Assembly: GCA_040767195.1 (NCBI GenBank)
Contig: JAXGPA010000003.1
Location: 224,001-288,000, forward strand
From: Syntrophales bacterium
Lineage (GTDB): Bacteria > Desulfobacterota > Syntrophia > Syntrophales > UBA6807
Length of the DNA stretch: 64,000 nt
Reading direction: 5' to 3'
Shown here: positions 21,577 to 30,493 of the stretch, piece after piece
How the letters are laid out: the number at the start of each line of letters is the position of its first letter
Numbering within the stretch: position 1 is the stretch's first letter
Made by a program: the position numbers and the translations under genes
The notes under the pieces: model-generated
Database searches by the model: none
The model's input: only the letters and a program-made list of their open reading frames with translations
What the model was told of the DNA's origin: nothing

Positions 21577-23101
21577 CTAAAAGCTTCCTCCTCAGTGAAT
21601 AAATAAATATAATACCAGAAAAAAGAAAACAGAAATAGACAAAAATGTCCCCGTAACGGGAATAGGGGCTCCCCATGTCGACAAACCGGACGTCTCCCCG
21701 CAGGCCCGTCCGCTCGAAAAGACCCGTTTTCGCGACAACCTCTCCCGTTGGGGAAATGATGGCGCTGATCCCCGTGTTGGCCGCCCGGACAAGGAAAACC
21801 CGGTTTTCCACGGCCCGGAAAAGGGCCGAGGCCAGGTGCTGATAGGGTGCGGAAGACGTTCCGTACCACCCGTCGTTGGTGATGTTGACGAGGAGGCGCG
21901 CTCCCGCCGTACTGTAGGCCCGGCTGATCCCGGGGAATATCCCCTCGTAGCAGATGAGGACGCCGAGCGGTTTCCCGCTCGCCTCGACGGGAACCCAACC
22001 CTCACCGGGAACGAAATCGCCCACGCCGGCGACGAGTTTCTCCATGAATGAAAAAAGGCCCTTGAGAGGAACATATTCGCCGAAGGGCACGAGGTGGACC
22101 TTGTCGTACTTTCCCGTAATGTCACCTTCCGATGAGACGAGAAAGGCGCTGTTCCCGTATCGGACCCCCTCTTCTTTCTCCTGGTAACTCGGGCTTCCCA
22201 AAAGGATATCCGCTCCCGTCTTCCGGGCGAGGCGCAGGATCCTTGTCAGCTTCTCACCGCCATCCTGAAGAAAAAACGGCATGGCCGTTTCGGGCCAGAC
22301 CACCAGTTCCGTTTCCGGCCCGGTCCATGATTTGGTGAGATTCTCGTAAATGTCCAGGGTTCGAAGCTGGTAGTCCCGGTTCCACTTGACGGCCTGCTCG
22401 ATGTTTCCCTGGATGACCGACACGGCGGCGGTTTGAGCCTCCGACGTTTTTTCACGGACTTCCTCGATGCGGTAAAAACCGTAAAAAACGATGACGAACA
22501 CGGCAAGAGAGCAGAGGACCATCTCTCCTGCTATTCGGCGCCTGTTTTTCCGGCTGACCCGAAGGATGCCGTACAGGACGGTGCTGACGAAAACAATGAC
22601 GAAGGAAAGACCGTACACGCCCGCCAGGTCGGCGATCTGGATGACGACGAGATGTTCGTGGAGAGCCGTTCCCAGGTTGCCCCAGGGGAACCCGGTGAGA
22701 AGGTGCGATTTTCCGTATTCCAGAATCGTCCAGAGGAAGGGCGCGGTGACAATCTCCGGGAAGCCTCTCCCCGTGAAATGGCAGAGGGCGGCGGAAAAAA
22801 CGGCCACGTAAAGACTCATGTAGATGACGAGAAGGAGAAGAACGGACCAGCCCGCCGCCAGGGACAGGTTCCCATAGCGTATGACGGCCTCGGCCACCCA
22901 GTAGAGAAGTCCGAGGTTCCATGCGACGCCGGCGACGCCCCCGAGAAGGAAACCTTCCCGCACCGATTTTTTCCTGAGGGCGAAAAAAAGAGGGATGAGG
23001 GCGAACCAGACGAGCCAGCCGAAGCCGAACTTGGGAAAGGAAAAGAAAAGCAGCGTTCCGGAAAAAAGAGACAGGCCGAGGTCTTTTCGGTCCATGGTCA
23101 C
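21569..23101 (-). CDS. lnt: apolipoprotein N-acyltransferase
   Basis: GFPW, QGNI, WPETA, KVHLVPFGEY, ICYEG, TNDGW, RAANTGIS. Confidence 0.96.
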   Translation of the reverse strand: MTMDRKDLGLSLFSGTLLFFSFPKFGFGWLVWFALIPLFFALRKKSVREGFLLGGVAGVAWNLGLLYWVAEAVIRYGNLSLAAGWSVLLLLVIYMSLYVAVFSAALCHFTGRGFPEIVTAPFLWTILEYGKSHLLTGFPWGNLGTALHEHLVVIQIADLAGVYGLSFVIVFVSTVLYGILRVSRKNRRRIAGEMVLCSLAVFVIVFYGFYRIEEVREKTSEAQTAAVSVIQGNIEQAVKWNRDYQLRTLDIYENLTKSWTGPETELVVWPETAMPFFLQDGGEKLTRILRLARKTGADILLGSPSYQEKEEGVRYGNSAFLVSSEGDITGKYDKVHLVPFGEYVPLKGLFSFMEKLVAGVGDFVPGEGWVPVEASGKPLGVLICYEGIFPGISRAYSTAGARLLVNITNDGWYGTSSAPYQHLASALFRAVENRVFLVRAANTGISAIISPTGEVVAKTGLFERTGLRGDVRFVDMGSPYSRYGDIFVYFCFLFSGIIFIYSLRRKLLDD

Positions 23102-23117
23102 CCCGCTTCGAGCCTGC

Positions 23118-23984
23118 TCAGGCCTGTTCTTTCCAGTTCAGATCGCCGGCACCGGTGGACCCTTCGACCCGCCGAACCCGAACTTTCTGGATGCTTCTCT
23201 CGTTGGCTGACTCGATGACCATTTCCAGGGTTCCGAAAGGGACGACCTCACCGGGCACGGGAATTTTCTTCGTGATGTGAAGAATCATCCCCCCCAGCGT
23301 TTCGAACTTCCCCTCCGGGGACGTGACATGGAAATATTCTTCGAAGTCCTCGATGTCCACCCGGCTGTCCACGAGGACATCGCCGTCGGGCAGGACGGTG
23401 AAGGGATCCTCCTCCTCATCGTGCTCGTCATGGATCTCACCGACGATTTCCTCGATCAGGTCTTCCAGCGTGACGATGCCCGATGTCCCCCCGTACTCGT
23501 CGATAACGACGGCCATGTGGCTTTTCTTTTCCTTGAGCTCGTGCAGGAGCTGGTGAACGTTTTTCGTTTCCGGGATGTAGTAGGCCTCCCGCATGATGGT
23601 CGTGACGTCCCAGGTTTCGGGCTTTACGGGCCAGAGGCCGAAGAGGTCCTTCACGTTCAGAATGCCTATGATGTTGTCGACGCTTCCCTCGTACACGGGC
23701 ATCCGGCTGTTGCCGTGTTTCATGACGGCGGCAACCACGTCCTCGATGGAGGCCTCGGTGCTCACGGCGATCACTTCCGTCCTGGGCACCATGACTTCCC
23801 GGGCCACGGTGTCCCGCAGATCGAGGATGTTGACGATCATCTCCGCCGACTTCCCGTCGATGACGCCCTTTTCACGCCCTCTTTCGACGGCCGCCAGGAT
23901 CTTCCGGCCGGACCCCTCGGGGTCTTCCGGGTCCTCCCCTTCCGACTCGAGCCAGTGCTTCCAGAATGAACGGATCTTTTTCAG
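23118..23984 (-). CDS. corC: CBS-domain HlyC/CorC family protein, probable CTG start
   Basis: [36 protein letters not shown], CorC_HlyC tail; frame is open 48 codons upstream of ATG 23840 to a CTG preceded by GAGGAGG. Confidence 0.85.
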   Translation of the reverse strand: MKKIRSFWKHWLESEGEDPEDPEGSGRKILAAVERGREKGVIDGKSAEMIVNILDLRDTVAREVMVPRTEVIAVSTEASIEDVVAAVMKHGNSRMPVYEGSVDNIIGILNVKDLFGLWPVKPETWDVTTIMREAYYIPETKNVHQLLHELKEKKSHMAVVIDEYGGTSGIVTLEDLIEEIVGEIHDEHDEEEDPFTVLPDGDVLVDSRVDIEDFEEYFHVTSPEGKFETLGGMILHITKKIPVPGEVVPFGTLEMVIESANERSIQKVRVRRVEGSTGAGDLNWKEQA

Positions 23985-23997
23985 TTTTTCCGCCTCC

Positions 23998-24870
23998 TCA
24001 AAGAGCCCGGAGAAATTCCGGCCTCAACACGCTCTGATTCCTCTCTTCCACGACCCGGCGGATCAGGCGGACCGCCTCCTCTTTCTGTTCCGGAAGCCTG
24101 ACGCGGAGGGGAAGATAATTGGAAGCGTGGTTTGCGGTGAAATAGCACCGGGTGAAATGGGACTGGCCGATCATGGCGCCGAGTTCCCGGAGGAACCCGA
24201 AGGTGTCCGGCAGCTGAAAACGTCCCTTCCGATACAGGTCGTGGAGCGGCGTCCCGGGAACGACCATGACGGTGAGGGCACCGACGTAATGGGGGTCCAT
24301 CTCGGAGAGGACTTTCGCCGTGTCCGACCCGTGGACGTCGCTTTTTTCCCTCCCCCCGATGCCCAGAAGAACGGTGACGGAAAGATCCATGCCCGCTTCC
24401 CGGACACGCCGGGCCGCCTCGATCATATCGGCGGGCCCCACGCCCTTGTTCATCCACCTGAGAAGCTCTTCATTTCCCGACTCCAGGCCGAGATAAACCA
24501 GCGAAAGCCCCAGGGCCCTCAACTCCCGAAGCTCCTCCGGCGTCTTGCGAAGGACACTCTTGGCGTTGCCGTACGTGGCGATCCGCTTCACGCCGCGGAT
24601 GTTCCCGGCGATGGACTCGAGAACGGGCACCAGTTTGCGCTGGGGGACGATGAGGGCGTCCCCGTCGCAGAGAAAGACCCTCTCGATGACCCCGTACCGC
24701 GAGGCCTCGAGAATGTCCTCCTCGATTTCCGGGTATTCCTTGATGCGGAAGCGCTTGTCCTTGAAGCTGGGGCAGAAGATGCAGCGGTTGTGTGAACAGC
24801 CCACCGTCACCTGGAGAAGGAGGCTGTGTGCCTCGCTCGGGGGCCGGATGATCATGCCCTCGTATTTCAT
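23998..24870 (-). CDS. radical SAM protein of unknown function
   Basis: RPPSEA, GCSHNRCIFC (Cx4Cx2C variant), FLCDGDAL, GLESG, NHASNY. Confidence 0.85.
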   Translation of the reverse strand: MKYEGMIIRPPSEAHSLLLQVTVGCSHNRCIFCPSFKDKRFRIKEYPEIEEDILEASRYGVIERVFLCDGDALIVPQRKLVPVLESIAGNIRGVKRIATYGNAKSVLRKTPEELRELRALGLSLVYLGLESGNEELLRWMNKGVGPADMIEAARRVREAGMDLSVTVLLGIGGREKSDVHGSDTAKVLSEMDPHYVGALTVMVVPGTPLHDLYRKGRFQLPDTFGFLRELGAMIGQSHFTRCYFTANHASNYLPLRVRLPEQKEEAVRLIRRVVEERNQSVLRPEFLRAL

Positions 24871-24880
24871 GATGATCGCC

Positions 24881-25090
24881 TTAAGGCCTTTTCCCCCCGT
24901 AAATATTCACGTTAATGTCATCATAGCAGACATGGCAGTAGGCTTTGCCGTCCACGTGGCCGCACCCGTACCCCCAGAGTTCGAATTTCCGGCACCTGTC
25001 GCAAAGGGGAATCTCGCATCCGTCGCACAGAACCACGGATACCCTCTTGCCGCAAACCCTGCACACTTCCTTGCCGTCGGACAATACCAT
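24881..25090 (-). CDS. small Cys-rich zinc-finger-like protein, 69 aa
   Basis: Four CxxC pairs (CRVC, CDGC, CDRC, CHVC) plus GCGH; AGGAGG RBS; 10 nt upstream of the radical SAM gene. Confidence 0.8.
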   Translation of the reverse strand: MVLSDGKEVCRVCGKRVSVVLCDGCEIPLCDRCRKFELWGYGCGHVDGKAYCHVCYDDINVNIYGGKRP

Positions 25091-25388
25091 GGGAAACAGA
25101 CCTCCTTCCCGTGTTCACCAGATAAACAGGCGTAAATTCCTATCACAAAGTCCATTGTATTGCAAAATCTCTTTACCCTGCCCCCTGAAAACCCTTTCGT
25201 CTCCGAGAAACGGTTCCGCCCCACTGAAGGATTCCGCCGCGAAATCACCGGTTAAGAATACGCCTTTCAGGCGGCGACCTCAAGCAGCTTGCAGCATGGA
25301 TTTTCAAAAAGGAAAATCCGTTCGAATTTATCGAGAAGAGTTGATCAGACTTAACTCCGGCGGCGGGTATTCCTGAGGAATATTCAGC

Positions 25389-26525
25389 TTACTGCCAGGG
25401 GTTTGTTTTCAGATAGGTGCTGAACTCCCGAAAGGCCAGGCCCAGGGGAATGGCAAACCCCATTCCCTCGAATTTCTGGGTGATCAGTTTCAGGGTGTTG
25501 ATCCCGATGACTTTTCCATCGGTGGTAATGAGCGGACCCCCGCTGTTTCCAAGGTATATCTTGGCGTCCGTCCGGATGTAGGCATCGTCGTAGCCGGATA
25601 CGATGCCCGAAGAGACGGAATCACTCACGCCCAGGGGGCTCCCGATGGCAAAAACCCGCATCCCCTGGATGATCCCGCCCGGTTCGCCCGGCTGAATGTA
25701 AGGTGTCCTGCAGCCGTCTGTCTTGAGAAGCGCCAGGTCGTGATCTTCGCTGACGGCGACCAGGCTCGCCTCGATCTCCGTTTTGTCTTTCAGCACGACC
25801 GTAAACCGTTCCTCGAACTCGGCCATCCTGGCTTTCCTGCTAAAGTCACCCTTCTCGCGCCGGTATTCCGATTTTTTCTCTTCGAATTCCCGCTTTCGCT
25901 TTCTGAACTGCTCGTCGTAGTAATTGTATTCGGCGGCCTGGCTTTTGTACTTTTCCATGGCCTCCGCGCGGGCGCGCGGGTTTTTGATGCCGTCGATGTA
26001 GGCCCTGTAATCGTCCAGGTCGCTTTTCATCCGCTTCAACTGATTTTCCGCGTTGGCCATGGCCGCTTCGTCTTCCTCTATCCTGTCGTCCACCCGGGCG
26101 ATAAATTCTTCCGTTTTCCTGATCTGGCTTTCGTCCCCCCTCAACACGTGCCTGTTCGTCAGAATATAGCCGTCCTCGCTGACAAAAAACCCCGATCCCA
26201 GCCCCAGAATCGTCCGGATGGTCACGGTGGCGAGCGAAGCCGCCTCCACCGCGCTCCTCGGCGGGAATTTTTCCGTCAGTTCCTTTGCTACGTCCCGGAA
26301 GACGGGCGACCGTGAAGATCGTCCGTCCCTGATGACCTCGACCTCCCCGACACCGGCCGGGGGAACGTCCGTGAAGACCCAGTGGCCGTCCTTGTCCCTG
26401 TACTGATAGATATCGGCGCCCGCCTCACCGGCGCCGAGCGCCAGGACCAAAGACAGGGCCAGCAACGGGCACACGGCCGAAAGAAATGTCTTTAAAATGG
26501 GCCGTTGAGAGGATCTTTCGTTCAT
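25389..26525 (-). CDS. exported trypsin-like (S1C) serine protease with DUF4124-like N-terminus and internal coiled coil
   Basis: Signal peptide, IYQYRDKDGHWVFTDVPP, GSGF..TNRH, HDLALLK, GNSGGPL; no PDZ domain. Confidence 0.88.
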   Translation of the reverse strand: MNERSSQRPILKTFLSAVCPLLALSLVLALGAGEAGADIYQYRDKDGHWVFTDVPPAGVGEVEVIRDGRSSRSPVFRDVAKELTEKFPPRSAVEAASLATVTIRTILGLGSGFFVSEDGYILTNRHVLRGDESQIRKTEEFIARVDDRIEEDEAAMANAENQLKRMKSDLDDYRAYIDGIKNPRARAEAMEKYKSQAAEYNYYDEQFRKRKREFEEKKSEYRREKGDFSRKARMAEFEERFTVVLKDKTEIEASLVAVSEDHDLALLKTDGCRTPYIQPGEPGGIIQGMRVFAIGSPLGVSDSVSSGIVSGYDDAYIRTDAKIYLGNSGGPLITTDGKVIGINTLKLITQKFEGMGFAIPLGLAFREFSTYLKTNPWQ

Positions 26526-26652
26526 GCCTCACGCTCCCCTTCCAGGGCGAACCAACCCCTCCGGAAGGTTTATTTCAACTTTCCCACAAGGATCGGACTG
26601 GGCGTCAAAAAAAATACAAATACGTGATTTACCCGTAATATTAATATGTTAA

Positions 26653-26922
26653 ATGCAACTTGGAGACAGTATTAATGATGCCGTCAAAAAAGTCAACGCA
26701 AAAATCGTGGATACACCAAGATCTGCCGGCATGTCGGAACCCTACAATTTCAAAACGATCTTCCCAATCGTCACGATAAAAACAGTCGGCGACCATGAGT
26801 TCTGGGCGACGCTTTACCGGAACGGAAAGGCCCACTGGGGTGCGACACGGCCGCATCAAGACCGGGACGCCGCCGCTGAACGCGAGAGGGAATGCTCCCG
26901 TGACTCGGACAGGATAAAATAA
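26653..26922 (+). CDS. hypothetical protein
   Basis: 89-aa ORF filling an AT-richer gap; no clear RBS or motif. Confidence 0.3.
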   Translation: MQLGDSINDAVKKVNAKIVDTPRSAGMSEPYNFKTIFPIVTIKTVGDHEFWATLYRNGKAHWGATRPHQDRDAAAERERECSRDSDRIK

Positions 26923-26947
26923 GGCCCTTGATAAATGTATTCAGGAG

Positions 26948-27832
26948 ATGATATTTTTCCAACTCATGACTGACCGGCTGCCGGATATCTTGACTATGGG
27001 GAAAAAGCCTGAAGACAGGTTCATCGGCACCAACAACCCGCGGCTTCATTATCTGGACTGGGGAAGCGACAAGGCCCGTACCATGGTTCTCCTTCACGGT
27101 ATCGGGGACACGGCTCATGTCTGGGATTTCTTCTCGCGGGAGGCGTCGGATCGCCTGAGAATTATCGCCCTGGACCAGAGAGGCCACGGTTTGAGCGATG
27201 GGGTCGTGCCGCCGGCGTACCGCTGCGATGATTATGTCGCCGACCTGGACAGGCTCGTCGAAAGCCTCCGGTTGACCGGGGTCATTCTCATGGGACACTC
27301 CATGGGGGCCCTGCACGCCACACGCTACGCCTCCCTGCGACCCGACAGGGTGTCCGGCCTTATTCACTGCGACATCGAGCCCCGCCCGCCCGAGTGGAAC
27401 AGGAAGTATCTCCTCAATCTCTATGAAAAACTGCCGGCCCATTACGAATCGATCGATGAATATGTCAGCGAAGCCCGTCAGAACAGCCCGTACGCAAACG
27501 AACACACGCTCTACCGGATCGCCTCCTCTTCCCTGACACTGGGGAACGACGGCAGGTACCGTATTCAGTTCGACCGGGAAGTCCTCCCCCACTTCGATAC
27601 CTATGATTTGCGGCCCTGCCTCGGTAACATCCGGTGTCCTTCCCTTGTCATCCGGGGTGAAAAGAGCCGGGTCATGGACAAAAAGGCCGCCGTGGAAATG
27701 AGCACCGCCATCCCCCAGGGCCGGTTCAGAGAAATACCGGAGGCCGCCCATCCGGTTCACACCGATAACCCCGTTGAATTTAACCGGGCGGTGTTCGAGT
27801 TCCTGGACGAATTTCCCGTAAGTGTCAAATAA
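26948..27832 (+). CDS. alpha/beta fold hydrolase
   Basis: LLHG, DQRGHG, GHSMG nucleophile elbow, C-terminal His (AAHPVH); start uncertain. Confidence 0.9.
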   Translation: MIFFQLMTDRLPDILTMGKKPEDRFIGTNNPRLHYLDWGSDKARTMVLLHGIGDTAHVWDFFSREASDRLRIIALDQRGHGLSDGVVPPAYRCDDYVADLDRLVESLRLTGVILMGHSMGALHATRYASLRPDRVSGLIHCDIEPRPPEWNRKYLLNLYEKLPAHYESIDEYVSEARQNSPYANEHTLYRIASSSLTLGNDGRYRIQFDREVLPHFDTYDLRPCLGNIRCPSLVIRGEKSRVMDKKAAVEMSTAIPQGRFREIPEAAHPVHTDNPVEFNRAVFEFLDEFPVSVK

Positions 27833-27998
27833 AGCAATCCCTTGGGCCGTTTCCGGAAGCACGCTCACCGGCCCTGGCATGGCTCGGCGGCGACCACGGG
27901 AATGGCATATCCCCCCGCCGCTGACTCTCTCCCGGGGCTTGCCTTTCGAACCACGTCGGTATATTCTCGACACCGCGTAAAACCAGGCAGGCCAGACC

Positions 27999-28580
27999 AT
28001 GAAGACTATCGTTGACCTTATTCACCGGATTGTAACAGGGAAACAGCATGCCCGGATGTTTTTTACGCCGGTCTTCGCCGCGTTTTTTCTCGTCCTTGTC
28101 GCACTTCCGGTATGGCTTGCCCTCAAAGTCGACGCGTATTTCGGTCTTTTCCTCCCCCTTCACCATCCCTGGGATTACGTCGTTTCCCTGCCCCTGCTCG
28201 GGGGTGGCTCCCTTCTCTGGCTGTGGTCGGTGCTCCATTTCGCGAAAGCGAAAGGAACCCCCGTCCCGGTCAGCCCCCCGCCGGGACTCGTCGACACGGG
28301 CCCTTACCGGTACGCCAGAAACCCGATGCTGTCGGGGGTGTTTCTCATCCTATTCGGGATCGCTTTTCTCACAGGGTCTCCGTCCCTTCTGTTTGTTTTC
28401 ACGCCGGCGTTTATGGGCTGCAGCATCCTGGAATTCAAGCTCATCGAGGAACCGGAACTGGAGAAGCGTCTCGGTGAAACGTACCTGGATTACAAGAAAA
28501 GAACGCCCCTTCTCATTCCGAAATTCTTCCGTCGACTGACAAACCGCGCCTTGAAGACGAAAAAATCCGGTGGTGATTGA
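27999..28580 (+). CDS. isoprenylcysteine carboxylmethyltransferase (ICMT/PEMT) family membrane protein
   Basis: GTPVP, LVDTGPYRYARNPM, EEPELEKRLGETYLDYKKRTP. Confidence 0.88.
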   Translation: MKTIVDLIHRIVTGKQHARMFFTPVFAAFFLVLVALPVWLALKVDAYFGLFLPLHHPWDYVVSLPLLGGGSLLWLWSVLHFAKAKGTPVPVSPPPGLVDTGPYRYARNPMLSGVFLILFGIAFLTGSPSLLFVFTPAFMGCSILEFKLIEEPELEKRLGETYLDYKKRTPLLIPKFFRRLTNRALKTKKSGGD

Positions 28581-28699
28581 GAAGAAAAACAGGATCGCGA
28601 AAGTAGAATCAGGACGAGATTCCGGGCTGAAAGAGACTCTCCGGGTGATAGGGGTATCCGTCTTTGAGTAAAACCGGCCTGCTTCCGGTCTGCACCCCT

Positions 28700-29710
28700 T
28701 CATTTCAGGGCCGCCTCGACCTTTCCGGCGACATCCGCGGGTACCCACCCGGTCCAGAGTTCTTTTTTATTTTTCAGGAACCACAGGGCGCCGTCTTCAG
28801 GCATGCCCCTGGTATCCTGCATGTAGGCGAGAATCTCGTTGTTCAGGTCCGTCGTGGTTTCGTATTTCTTCAAGAATTCGATCACCTCGGGCGCTTTCCC
28901 GGGGAGTTTCGCGTTCACGAAAATATGCACCTGGACGGGCTGAAAGGCACAGGCCTTCGTCGTGTTCCAGATCTCTTTGTCGAAGGGGGGTTCCTCGAGG
29001 GCCGTCATGTCGAGCTTTCCCAGAATCCATGAAGGCGCCCAGTAGTAACCGACCCAGGGCTTTCCCCGCTTGACGGCTGCCGTCATCGAACCGGCAAGGG
29101 CGGCGTCCGATCCCGGGATAAAATCCGTGAAATATTTATCCAGGCCGTAGGCCTTAAGCTTCTGGGAATTGATTGCGGTAACACCCCAGCCCGGGATGGA
29201 GTTGTAGAAGCGGCCCTTCGCCGGTTCTTCCGGATCCTTGAAGACTTCCCAGTATTTCGGAAGGTCGTAAACCGACTTGAGACCGGGTGCCATGGGCTTG
29301 ATGCCCCGTTTTTTGTCACCCTTGATGACAAACGTAGGCACCAGCCAGCCCTGCCAGTTGTCCCGGTAGTTGGGACCCAGGTCGATGATGGTGCCTTCCT
29401 TGAGCCCCTTGTCAAAGAGTTCCTGGGTGTTCTCCGTCCAGGACTCCATCTCCACGTCCGTGTCACCCCGCTGAAGCGCCGTGAGGAGCGAGACGGTCTC
29501 CCCGGGAACATGCTCCACACCATAACCGTAGCCGTGTTCGATGATGAAGCCGGCAATCCGGTTGTGCACCTGGATGCTGTCCCAGCTTCGGTCATTGAAC
29601 TTGATCGTTGTTTTCGCCGCCGCCGACTGAATTGCCAGGGTTCCTGAAACAAGCAAAACCGCCGCGAACATGATGACAAACCTGAATGATCGAAGTTCAG
29701 ATCCTTTCAT
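28700..29710 (-). CDS. glycine betaine/proline ABC transporter substrate-binding protein (ProX/OpuAC-like)
   Basis: Signal peptide, WDSIQVHN, DVEMESW, FKDPEEPAKGRF, GYYWAPSW; GGAGG RBS. Confidence 0.88.
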   Translation of the reverse strand: MKGSELRSFRFVIMFAAVLLVSGTLAIQSAAAKTTIKFNDRSWDSIQVHNRIAGFIIEHGYGYGVEHVPGETVSLLTALQRGDTDVEMESWTENTQELFDKGLKEGTIIDLGPNYRDNWQGWLVPTFVIKGDKKRGIKPMAPGLKSVYDLPKYWEVFKDPEEPAKGRFYNSIPGWGVTAINSQKLKAYGLDKYFTDFIPGSDAALAGSMTAAVKRGKPWVGYYWAPSWILGKLDMTALEEPPFDKEIWNTTKACAFQPVQVHIFVNAKLPGKAPEVIEFLKKYETTTDLNNEILAYMQDTRGMPEDGALWFLKNKKELWTGWVPADVAGKVEAALK

Positions 29711-30096
29711 GACAACCTCCTTTTTGACTGGAATGAGAATGCCGTGGTTTTCAGCGTGATAAATTGAAACGCCGCTGTCTGAAAAATCTTTCTGTACCGG
29801 TGAGCAGGGAAAAAGCGGTCGCTTTGGAAAAACGGAAAGCCAAGCCGATATTTACCTTTTAGTTAACAGCATTCGGAACCAATTTCTACTTTTTTTTAGC
29901 CGGCTCACGTCGACGAAAAGAGCGGGATGAAGAAGCAGCCATGAAATAGAAGAGGCAAAGCATTCGAAACCTCGGCGCGGTCATTCTTTCCGCCCGATGG
30001 GTGGGAGCATACCCTCAAAAGAATCACCGGAGGCCTGATCAGTGCCTTCGGAGCCGGTATTTCTGCTTCACCGACACCATAACATTTTGATATTTC

Positions 30097-30125
30097 TTGA
30101 CAGGCTGGAAATTTTTTCTTAAAAT
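30097..30125 (+). promoter_or_regulatory. sigma70-type promoter of the two-peptide operon
   Basis: TTGACA (30097-30102), 17-nt spacer, TAAAAT (30120-30125). Confidence 0.8.
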
Positions 30126-30161
30126 TTTCCCCACATTCATTTTTACCGTGTAGGAGGGGCC

Positions 30162-30275
30162 ATGAAGAAAGAGGAACGGAAAGAAAAAAAAGAGGAGAAA
30201 AAAACCTACGAGAAGCCCGCGCTGACGGGCCATCAAAAGCTGACAAGTGTCATAGGTAAATTCTCACCGTCATAA
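30162..30275 (+). CDS. small peptide 1 (37 aa), RiPP-precursor-like with YxxPxL leader motif
   Basis: AGGAGG RBS at 30152-30157; MKKEERKEKKEEKKTYEKPALTGHQKLTSVIGKFSPS; paralogous to the next ORF. Confidence 0.8.
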   Translation: MKKEERKEKKEEKKTYEKPALTGHQKLTSVIGKFSPS

Positions 30276-30312
30276 CCGGAACAGGAAACGTCCTTTACCA
30301 GGGAGGGGGAAA

Positions 30313-30441
30313 ATGAAAAAAGAGACGAAGAAAGGTAACAAAATAAAAAAAGATTACGAGAAGCCCGAACTCACGCGGCACGGGAAGCTGACGGACGTGG
30401 GGTCGTTCATTTCTCCACCGGAGGTTAATCATTTGGAATGA
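30313..30441 (+). CDS. small peptide 2 (42 aa), RiPP-precursor-like with YxxPxLxxxG leader motif
   Basis: GGGAGGGGG RBS at 30301-30309; MKKETKKGNKIKKDYEKPELTRHGKLTDVGSFISPPEVNHLE. Confidence 0.82.
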   Translation: MKKETKKGNKIKKDYEKPELTRHGKLTDVGSFISPPEVNHLE

Positions 30442-30493
30442 TGATCATGATTTGAACAGATTTTCCAGGTGAAATTTCAGTGGAATAGACAGT

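Noticed and set aside
26638..26647. ATATTAATAT palindrome as an operator
   Set aside because: Short and AT-only in an AT-rich spacer; cannot be told apart from chance.
29711..30060. c-di-GMP or c-di-AMP riboswitch, or sigma54 promoter, upstream of the SBP gene
   Set aside because: Only partial matches (GGCAAA...GAAA; TTGGC without a correctly spaced GC); the required paired elements are missing.
29905..30246. Minus-strand ORFs 29905..30246 and 30039..30236
   Set aside because: Their Phe/Leu-rich text is the reverse complement of the A-rich peptide 1 gene; the + strand has the promoter, RBS and paralogy support.
30207..30367. Direct repeat TACGAGAAGCCCG as a CRISPR or other DNA repeat
   Set aside because: Only two copies, and they are explained by the shared YEKP coding sequence. 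No array or cas gene was seen in the window.
30162..30441. Calling the peptides canonical lasso peptide precursors
   Set aside because: The penultimate Thr is absent, the cores are too short or lack a properly placed Asp/Glu, and no cyclase or B genes are in the window.
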